This document shows, one piece after another, positions 54,463-61,966 of a stretch of 64,000 nucleotides of DNA (the stretch's first letter is position 1; each line of letters opens with the position of its first letter). Under the pieces are notes generated by a model, which was not told the DNA's origin, searched no databases, and was given only the letters and a program-made list of their open reading frames with translations. Made by a program: the position numbers and the translations under genes. The stretch covers positions 192,001 to 256,000 of the forward strand of contig CAXWPH010000011.1 of the NCBI GenBank assembly GCA_963666055.2. The letters run 5' to 3'. Source of the DNA: Acidobacteriota bacterium. GTDB lineage: Bacteria > Acidobacteriota > UBA890 > WLXD01.

Positions 54463-55822
54463 GCGCTGTTCCCGAGAAGAGGTTCTGATAGATCTCGGCC
54501 GACATCTGCTGTGCGCCCAGCAGAGCCAAGCCATCTACCCAACAAACCACCCGCGCGCGGTCACCGCGCTCCGCGACCTTTACCTTCGTACGGTTGAGTT
54601 GCTGACCGAAGAGGGTGATCTGCGGTTCGCGCTGGCCGACCGCACGTTCATCTTCGACAACGAGGTCCTGCCGATCAACGGCGAGGTACTCGAAGGATTG
54701 GCGGAGCTGTTCTGTCGACGGGGCATCGGCCGCATGGCAGTGTCACGCGGGCTACGCCGGTGGGAGATTACGTCCCTTGTGCAGGCACTCAACGCGCAGA
54801 CCGAAGCCGACGAAGGCATCGAAGCTCTCCTTGCACGGGAGGGCGTCCAGCACGTCGAGGCAGCGCCACTAACCGGCCGAACCGGTGACCCGCGCGGTGG
54901 GTCGGCATCGAGCGGCCCGACGTTGTCGCGGGCCTGGGAGGTCTACTCGGCCAGCCTGGAGAACATGCGCCAGCTCAAGAGCCGCCTCAGCGACGGTATC
55001 GACGCCGACGCGATTGCCCAGGCTGGCTGTCTGGCCGGTGACTTGGTCGACGTCGTGCAAGCGCAGCCACAAGCGTTCTCGCTGCTGTACGCACTCAAGA
55101 ACCACGACGACTATTCGTACACGCACTCCCTGAACGTGGCGATGCTCTCCTTGACGATCGCCCGGTGGCTGGAGCTGCCGCACGAGATGCTCACGCAAGT
55201 CGCCCTCGCAGCTATTCTGCACGACATCGGCAAGGTGATGGTGCCCGACGGCGTGCTCAACAAGCCGGGAAAGCTAACCGACGAAGAGTGGGCGGTCATG
55301 CAGCGCCACGGCGACGACGGAGCGCGCCTGTTGCTCGAATCGCCGGTCAACGATCTGGTCTTCGTGGTTGCCTACGAGCACCAGCTGGCCTACGACGAGC
55401 GGCACACCGACTTCGGCCGGTGGCCGCTGCACCTGGTATCCGAGCTGGTGTGCCTAGCCGATGTATACGACGCGCTGCGGTCGGTTCGACCGTACCGCGA
55501 CTCGCTGCCACCCGACGTCGCCATGAGAATCATGGAGGAGGACGCCGAGACTAAGTTCGATGCCGACTTGTTCGCGGGATTCCGGCGCATGCTGGGCTAC
55601 TATCCTCCCGGAACTTGCTTGAGGCTCAGCGATGGTCGCACGGCGGTCGCGCGCACCACCAACCTCCTCGATCCGGAGCACCCGCGAGTGCTGGTTGTCC
55701 GCACCGTCGACGGCGACGAGATAGAGCCGCCGGAGGCTCTCGACCTGGCGCAAGCCGAGATCGACGTTGAGGAGGTCGCGGACCCGGAGCTCCTAGACAT
55801 CGACCCCGTCGACTATCTCTGA
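54452..55822 (+). CDS. HD-GYP-like phosphohydrolase with degenerate GYP motif
   Basis: HDDYSYTHSLNV, LHDIGK, LNKPGKLTDEEW.VMQRH, ADVYDALRS.RPYR; GTG start overlaps the HEAT gene end. Confidence 0.88.
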   Translation: MPPERCSREEVLIDLGRHLLCAQQSQAIYPTNHPRAVTALRDLYLRTVELLTEEGDLRFALADRTFIFDNEVLPINGEVLEGLAELFCRRGIGRMAVSRGLRRWEITSLVQALNAQTEADEGIEALLAREGVQHVEAAPLTGRTGDPRGGSASSGPTLSRAWEVYSASLENMRQLKSRLSDGIDADAIAQAGCLAGDLVDVVQAQPQAFSLLYALKNHDDYSYTHSLNVAMLSLTIARWLELPHEMLTQVALAAILHDIGKVMVPDGVLNKPGKLTDEEWAVMQRHGDDGARLLLESPVNDLVFVVAYEHQLAYDERHTDFGRWPLHLVSELVCLADVYDALRSVRPYRDSLPPDVAMRIMEEDAETKFDADLFAGFRRMLGYYPPGTCLRLSDGRTAVARTTNLLDPEHPRVLVVRTVDGDEIEPPEALDLAQAEIDVEEVADPELLDIDPVDYL

Positions 55823-55834
55823 CGTACCGGCCTG

Positions 55835-58141
55835 CTACGGACTCTGCACTTCCTCGCGCGGCACCGGGATGGTCTGAGTCCTGCCATCCTCGGTCGACTC
55901 GATGACAACCTCGTCGGTCTCGTAAACGACGCGCAAGGCGTCCCGACTCTTGTACTCGATGCCTCGATAGGCGAAGCGGGCGGGCACGGCAGGCGTTCCC
56001 CGTAGAAGTAACTCGCCGCTTTCCATGTTGTAGGTAAGCTCGTTTCCGCTTGCCTCCGCCTGGGTATCGCGGAACTGCACCGCGTCCTCGGCGACGACCT
56101 CGCTCCAGCCGCCTTCCTCACTGACCTCCACCCGGAGCTTGTCGGCCTCGATGATACGAGAGCGTTGGCGCATGCTGGCGGCACCACCGAGGCGCAGCTG
56201 CATACCGTCTTGCTCGACGAGAAGGTTGGCTGCGCTCACCGTGGCGTACTCGGGCTCCCCATCCTCGCCGGTCGCCGCTACCGCTACCAGCTCGACCGCG
56301 CCCTGGGCCCGCAGTCGCCCCGGATTCGACTCCAATCGCAGCTCGGCGGTTTCCAACGATTGTGATTCCCAGATGACCTGGACGTTGTCGCGCAGGATCA
56401 GCACCCCTTCGACATCGAGCTCGGCTGACTCGGCGGTCATCTCGACGGCCGGGGTATCGCCGAACAGCACGCTGGCCGCGTCGAGATACTCGTCGGCCAC
56501 GTCGGCGCGGATCGACCCAGTCGCCTCGATGCCCTCGTCCGGTCGCCACGTCATCTCGTCGGCGTACAGATCTACACCACTCGCCGACAGGACCGGGGCG
56601 GGGTCGCCATGTAGTCTCCAGGCGCCCGAGTCCGCGGTATACGAGGCGGCCCCCGCCGACATAGCGCGACCGTCAGCCTCGAACTCGACTCCATCCGGCC
56701 ATTCTGCCTCGTCAAGCGCCCCCTCGACCCAACTGGCAATCAGCTGCTCTCCGGTGAAAATGAGCGAAGCCTCGGAGCTCGACATCGCCAGATCTGCCAC
56801 GACGTTGCCGGCCGCTTCGACGCTCTGCAGGCCAGCTTCGCCAGCGGTGAGCATGAGCTCCGACGCAGTAAGCTCGCGCAAGCTCTCGGCGTCGCCGCGC
56901 GCGCGCCATGCAACGCCGCGGCGCGCCTCGACCGACTGACGGTCGCCATCGGGCCGGAGCTCGATCTCCCGCGCCTCCAGCCGCCCAAAGCCAGGCAACG
57001 TGAGTCGGGAACCCAGCCGTCCACTGATCGCTACGAGGGCGGCCAACTCACCGGTGGCAAATTCGATCCGGATGGTAGCTCCACGAAGGAGACGCACGTC
57101 GCCATCATCGCCGCCGCCTGTCGGGCTCGTGTCGCCAGCGGCTGGGCCGATATCGGCCACACCAGCGATGTCGGTGCTGTCGGTGCCAGCGACATCGACA
57201 GAGGCTACTTCGGAGTCCATCCCTGGCAGCCTGGTCACCTCGTCGTCAAGAGGTTCGACCTGCTCGCCGTCGCTTTCCAGCGCGGCCTGCGCGGCAGCCG
57301 CCGGATTGTCCGCGCGCGGGAAAAACCTTACCCGCGCCCCGCCCGTGGCCTCGATACGGCGCAGCTCGCTGACTCCTGATCCGACGTCGAGAACGATCTC
57401 GTCTGCGCGAACCGAGGCCTGGTTCATCTCCAGCTCGGCGGTTCCCTGCAGGCGCACCTGATCTCCGCCCGGCCGTACCCGCATCTCCTCGGCACTACCG
57501 CGCAGACCTGCCGGCATGGCGCCCTCACCGGCACCACGCCGCAGGGTCAAATCGCCCCACATCCGCAGCTCCTCTGCCACCACGTTCTGTCCGCTGGTAA
57601 CGTCGCCGGCCGTCTGGAAGTGAAGACAGTCCCCGCGCGACTCCATGCCCGCATAGAACAATGTGCTGCGGTTGCAGTTGCTGACCACACCGCTCACCAC
57701 GTCGTAATTGAGCCGCCGTGTTTCGAAGTACCCGTTGTTCGGCAACTCGGCGCGCACGTTACCGATGATGCGAATTTCGTCGAAGTCATCACCGTCCCCG
57801 CTTGTTCGCATCGTGTCGCCAACCACAACGACGTCCTTGTCGGGCCCGTCTTTGCCGAAGATACGCATGCGCACGCCAGCCCACGTGTTCCAGCCGTCGG
57901 AAAAATCGAGCAGCTCGTCGGCAGCAATCTCGTAGAGCTTGCGATTGCCGCGGAACTTGACGAAGTTGATCTTCTCGGTGTGCGACTCGACGCTACGATC
58001 GCCCTCCGGCATTGCCGGAACCTCAACGCGGTCGGAGGCGCGCTCGAGTCCCGCTGCCGGCTGCCAGCTGAGATACACCACCAACGACACCGCGACTGCG
58101 AGGCTTGCGAACGCGAGGCGGAGAAAGGCCGTGACTCGCAT
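55835..58141 (-). CDS. Long LptC/LptA(OstA)-like beta-jellyroll periplasmic protein
   Basis: N-terminal TM, repeated A.G.V and ADE/ADK beta-strand units, ASGNELTY...G.L.L.G.P C-terminus; same strand as and upstream of lptB. Confidence 0.72.
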   Translation of the reverse strand: MRVTAFLRLAFASLAVAVSLVVYLSWQPAAGLERASDRVEVPAMPEGDRSVESHTEKINFVKFRGNRKLYEIAADELLDFSDGWNTWAGVRMRIFGKDGPDKDVVVVGDTMRTSGDGDDFDEIRIIGNVRAELPNNGYFETRRLNYDVVSGVVSNCNRSTLFYAGMESRGDCLHFQTAGDVTSGQNVVAEELRMWGDLTLRRGAGEGAMPAGLRGSAEEMRVRPGGDQVRLQGTAELEMNQASVRADEIVLDVGSGVSELRRIEATGGARVRFFPRADNPAAAAQAALESDGEQVEPLDDEVTRLPGMDSEVASVDVAGTDSTDIAGVADIGPAAGDTSPTGGGDDGDVRLLRGATIRIEFATGELAALVAISGRLGSRLTLPGFGRLEAREIELRPDGDRQSVEARRGVAWRARGDAESLRELTASELMLTAGEAGLQSVEAAGNVVADLAMSSSEASLIFTGEQLIASWVEGALDEAEWPDGVEFEADGRAMSAGAASYTADSGAWRLHGDPAPVLSASGVDLYADEMTWRPDEGIEATGSIRADVADEYLDAASVLFGDTPAVEMTAESAELDVEGVLILRDNVQVIWESQSLETAELRLESNPGRLRAQGAVELVAVAATGEDGEPEYATVSAANLLVEQDGMQLRLGGAASMRQRSRIIEADKLRVEVSEEGGWSEVVAEDAVQFRDTQAEASGNELTYNMESGELLLRGTPAVPARFAYRGIEYKSRDALRVVYETDEVVIESTEDGRTQTIPVPREEVQSP

Positions 58142-58182
58142 ATGTCAGGCGCCAGGCGTCCGGCCGAGCAGCGAGCGTCCTG

Positions 58183-58464
58183 TCAGCGGACGGGACGGTG
58201 CCGGTCGAATTCCTCGCGGTAGTACTGCCGGTAGAGAATCTCCCATTCCCTTCCCCCCTCGGGAATGTCGCGCTTCTGCGAGGCGATCTTCTGCTGCACC
58301 TTACGGTCGATGTACTCGTCGCGCCGAAGCTCCTCCTGGAAGATCTCGACGATCGCCAGCCGTACGGTGTTCGGCTCGCGGCGCAGCTCCACGGACTCAT
58401 CCTCCCCTAGTGCATCGACCAGGAGGCGTGACAAATGGTTGACCTTGGCGCGAGATAAACGCAT
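58183..58464 (-). CDS. DUF507-family protein
   Basis: MRLSR.KVNHLS...ID..V..KI.SQKRDIPEG..EW.ILY..YY.EE. Confidence 0.85.
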   Translation of the reverse strand: MRLSRAKVNHLSRLLVDALGEDESVELRREPNTVRLAIVEIFQEELRRDEYIDRKVQQKIASQKRDIPEGGREWEILYRQYYREEFDRHRPVR

Positions 58465-58469
58465 ATCGA

Positions 58470-58748
58470 TCAGAGGATGATGTTGCGTTCCCTGGCGAGC
58501 TTCGCCTTGATCACCTTGAACATCTCGTGAAGCTCGACATCGGCGCGCCGGATCTGGTCATTGTAGGTGCGCATGATTTCGCGTACCTCGTCGTTGAGAC
58601 GATCCTCGACCATCAACTCGTCGACGACGATCCCGCTCATGCGGCCTTCTGTTTCTGCGGCGTTTTCGACGCGGATCAACCCGAGTTTGCCGAGGTCGCG
58701 GACGACTCGGAAGGCGATCACGTCGATCTGCTCCTGAGTCATGCGCAT
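58470..58748 (-). CDS. DUF507-family protein
   Basis: EL.VEDRLNDEVREI...EMFK..K.KLARER..IL; tandem with its paralogue. Confidence 0.85.
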   Translation of the reverse strand: MRMTQEQIDVIAFRVVRDLGKLGLIRVENAAETEGRMSGIVVDELMVEDRLNDEVREIMRTYNDQIRRADVELHEMFKVIKAKLARERNIIL

Positions 58749-58867
58749 TGGTGCCGCCGGGGATCAGCTCGTGGTGAGCGTGGAGTGGTCGCGTTTTTGT
58801 GGATCGTACCACGCCCCTGCCCCGCGCCAGGCGGCAACCTACCAGGCTAGCACGCCGCGAACGGTGG

Positions 58868-60313
58868 TTACTCGATGCGTACCTTCGCCTCCAACGGAAC
58901 GGCGCCATCATCCAGACGGAGGCGCAGCACGTAGTCGCCGGCGACCCCTGCTGGCATCATTGCTTGAACGATCAGGGGGCCCGCCACCGCGTTGGTGCCC
59001 CAGTCGGCGCTCACCTCTTCGAGCTCAACCTCGGCGCCGGCCGAGTCGACTAGCGTCATGCGCACGGTTTCCGCATCAGGGACCTTGCCCCGAAGCCAGG
59101 TGAGGGCAGAGAAGCTGTCGCCCGCAATCAACCGCGGCTCGGCTCCGGAGATGATTCCCACCTCGCCCTCGCGTAACCGAGTCACTGACCGACCAATGAT
59201 CAGCGGGCTGGCAGCGCTACCGCTGTCGGAGATCTCCACCTCTCCATCCCACGTGAACGCCGTCTCCGAGAGCGGATCGAGCACGCGTACGTCTAGCGTG
59301 TATCCGCCTGCTTCCGCCCGCAATAGCAGTGCCGTGCGCAGCGACGCGGCCCCGATGCGCGCCACATCCGCCGCTGGCAAATCGACGGTCCATTCTTGCG
59401 TTCCACGCAACTCATCGGTACCGCCCAGACGCAGCAGCGATGCGTCAATCCGGAGCGTCGCCCGCAGACCATCACCGACAGGTTCGAACAACAGCCCCCG
59501 CAGAGGAATCTCGATTGGGATCACCAGGGCGCCCGCCACCCCGTTGATACCCCAGGTCTCGGCCAGCACGGTGAGCGGCTCGGTTCGCGCCACCGTCTCG
59601 CGAATCGCTACCCTCGTGCTGGCTGCTCCCGCACCGGGCCGGAACTCAGTCACGGTATCTACTAGAGCGCCCTCGTTGGTGAACAAGAACGCGGTTCGCA
59701 GGTCGGTCGGCATACCGCCGACGCCGAGCATGCCCGGATCGCAGAGCTCGAACTGGCCGATACGCGTCTCGACGAAGACCACGTGGAACTCGCCCATCTG
59801 CGACCGAAAGGCCATGTTGTTGGTGCGGTAGGTCCACCACTCCCCCTCCGGATACGAGCAGCGGCCGAAACCCCGCAAGTCCCTCCGGCGCATGCCTCCG
59901 GTGGGTCGGCCGAGGATAACCCAAACTCGGCCACGATCGGACCTCCAGCCACGAGGGAACCCGCGAAACCGCTTGTTCACGAAGGCTACCCGTCGGTAGA
60001 ACTCCTCCTGGAACGCGTGCCCCTCGTCGCGAGTATCAAGGTCGCGCCGGTCCCAGAACCACTTTATGAACTGACGGCGGAGCTCGTCGGTCTTCTGGTC
60101 CTTCCAGGTGTCGTGCTCGTAGTCCAGGATGAGGTATTCGACCGGGCCCCCAGCCCAGTCTTTGAGTGGCCGCTCCTCCTCATAGAAGCGTCGTGCCGCC
60201 TCCATGGTCTTGGGGAACTCGTCCTTCTGTGCAAACGCTGGACGGGTGGTGCCGATCGCTACGATCGGCAGAACAAGGACGATGAGGGCGCGAAATCGGT
60301 CAGGCAAAACCAT
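58868..60313 (-). CDS. GWxTD-domain secreted protein
   Basis: Signal peptide; FW.RRD, EEFYRRV...N.RF, GWRSDRGRVWVILG.P. Confidence 0.85.
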   Translation of the reverse strand: MVLPDRFRALIVLVLPIVAIGTTRPAFAQKDEFPKTMEAARRFYEEERPLKDWAGGPVEYLILDYEHDTWKDQKTDELRRQFIKWFWDRRDLDTRDEGHAFQEEFYRRVAFVNKRFRGFPRGWRSDRGRVWVILGRPTGGMRRRDLRGFGRCSYPEGEWWTYRTNNMAFRSQMGEFHVVFVETRIGQFELCDPGMLGVGGMPTDLRTAFLFTNEGALVDTVTEFRPGAGAASTRVAIRETVARTEPLTVLAETWGINGVAGALVIPIEIPLRGLLFEPVGDGLRATLRIDASLLRLGGTDELRGTQEWTVDLPAADVARIGAASLRTALLLRAEAGGYTLDVRVLDPLSETAFTWDGEVEISDSGSAASPLIIGRSVTRLREGEVGIISGAEPRLIAGDSFSALTWLRGKVPDAETVRMTLVDSAGAEVELEEVSADWGTNAVAGPLIVQAMMPAGVAGDYVLRLRLDDGAVPLEAKVRIE

Positions 60314-60603
60314 TCGATGTGCTCCAGGCGGACCAGGCTAGCACCCTGGTGGCCGCGGCTACGGGACAACGACGGCAGCTGGCTGCCCTCCCGGACCCCG
60401 TGCGTACTCGGTTACGATTGTAGCCGGCCGGAGAACGTGCCGGCAAAGGATACCGCCGCGTTGGCGTCGTCTGATCGGCAATCGCGAAGCCACCCTACAG
60501 CTCTGGACAAACGCGAATTCGGGTGGCGTGACGATCACCGGCGGACGGAGGTTGCGGCCGGGCCTCGACACGACGGCCGCCAACAACTATCGGAGAGTCC
60601 ACC

Positions 60604-61944
60604 TTGACCCAGCTGGAGGCGTATCTCGACCAGGCCACGTCCGCCGCCATCGAGCAGCTACAACAGCTCATTGCTGTGCCGAGCGTGTCGGCGCGCGGCG
60701 AGCATCTGCCGGAGGGCGCGGCGGCATTCGCCGCCCTGTTGCAAGAGTGCGGGCTGCAAACGACCGTTTGGGAGTCCTCGGGCGCACCAGTGGTTTTCGC
60801 CCACCATCCGGCACCGCCAGGCAAGCCGACAGTACTTATCTACGGCCACTACGACGTGCAGCCACCGGATCCGATCGACGAGTGGCGCACCGATCCGTTC
60901 GAGGGAGTGTTGCGCGACGGTGCGGTTTACGGGCGCGGCGCGGCCGACAACAAAGGGCAGCTGCTGGCGCACATCATGGGTGTCGCGCTACTCCAGAGGC
61001 TCAACCGACTCGATGTCGGGATCAAGTTTCTTATCGAGGGCGAGGAAGAAACGGGCAGCCCCCATCTCGCGCAGGTAGCAGAGCAGCATCGACCTGAGCT
61101 AGCCGCTGATCTCGCCCTGACCTCCGATGCCCCATTCCACGACGATGGGACTCCCGTGGTCATCTTCGGCGTACGCGGCCTCCTCTATCTCGAGCTCGAG
61201 GCGCACGGTGCCGATCGCGACGTACACTCGGGCAATCGGGGCGGTATCGCCCCGACGCCCGCTTGGGATCTCGTCGCCGCCCTGGGCTCGATGTGCGGCC
61301 CCGGCGGCGGCGTGCGCGTCGCGGGTTTCTACGACGATGTCCGCCCACCATCGGCAAACGAACAGGAGCTGCTACGACGACTTCCCTTCGATCGCCAGGC
61401 CTTGCGGCGCGAGCTCGGCGTCCGGCGGCTCCCACCGCTGGCCGAGGAGGACCCGGCACAGGCCCTGATGTTCTCGCCCACCTTCAACATCTCCGGGCTA
61501 ACCAGTGGCTACGGCGGCCCCGGCGCCAAGACGATCGTGCCCTCGCGGGCCACCTGCAAGCTCGATCTTCGGTTGGTCGCCGACCAGGATCCGGAACGGA
61601 TCTTCGCGTCCATCGAAACGCACCTGCATCGACAATTTCCGTCCATTCGCCTGACGAAGCTCGCCTCGGTGCCACCATCAGCAACGTCACCGGATACTCC
61701 GTTCGCCGAGCCGATCATCTCCGCCGTGGCACGCGCCTGTGGCCAACCGCCGCTCCTGAGGCCTCGCTTGGGCGGCACGACGCCCGACTTCATCTTCACA
61801 CGGGTGCTCGGAATGCCCAGTCTGCTGATCCCCTACGGACAACCGGGGATGAATCACCACGCTCCGAACGAGCACATCACCGTAGCGGCCCTACGCCGCG
61901 GCATCGGCTGCACCGTCGAGATCTGCGAGGCACTGGGGCGCTGA
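60604..61944 (+). CDS. M20-family metallopeptidase (dipeptidase-like)
   Basis: YGHYDVQP, GRGAADNKG, EGEEETGS, HSG, HAPNE. Confidence 0.93.
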   Translation: MTQLEAYLDQATSAAIEQLQQLIAVPSVSARGEHLPEGAAAFAALLQECGLQTTVWESSGAPVVFAHHPAPPGKPTVLIYGHYDVQPPDPIDEWRTDPFEGVLRDGAVYGRGAADNKGQLLAHIMGVALLQRLNRLDVGIKFLIEGEEETGSPHLAQVAEQHRPELAADLALTSDAPFHDDGTPVVIFGVRGLLYLELEAHGADRDVHSGNRGGIAPTPAWDLVAALGSMCGPGGGVRVAGFYDDVRPPSANEQELLRRLPFDRQALRRELGVRRLPPLAEEDPAQALMFSPTFNISGLTSGYGGPGAKTIVPSRATCKLDLRLVADQDPERIFASIETHLHRQFPSIRLTKLASVPPSATSPDTPFAEPIISAVARACGQPPLLRPRLGGTTPDFIFTRVLGMPSLLIPYGQPGMNHHAPNEHITVAALRRGIGCTVEICEALGR

Positions 61945-61966
61945 GACGGGGTGGCGACGGCCGTAC

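Noticed and set aside
55828-55837. CGGCCTGCTA half-end between the HD-GYP and LptC-like genes
   Set aside because: Only 10 nt with no opposite end; could be chance in GC-rich DNA.
60314-60603. Long intergenic regions (also 11928-12125 and 18812-19041) as riboswitch or ncRNA sites
   Set aside because: I could not recognise any known RNA motif by eye; an Infernal/Rfam scan would be needed.
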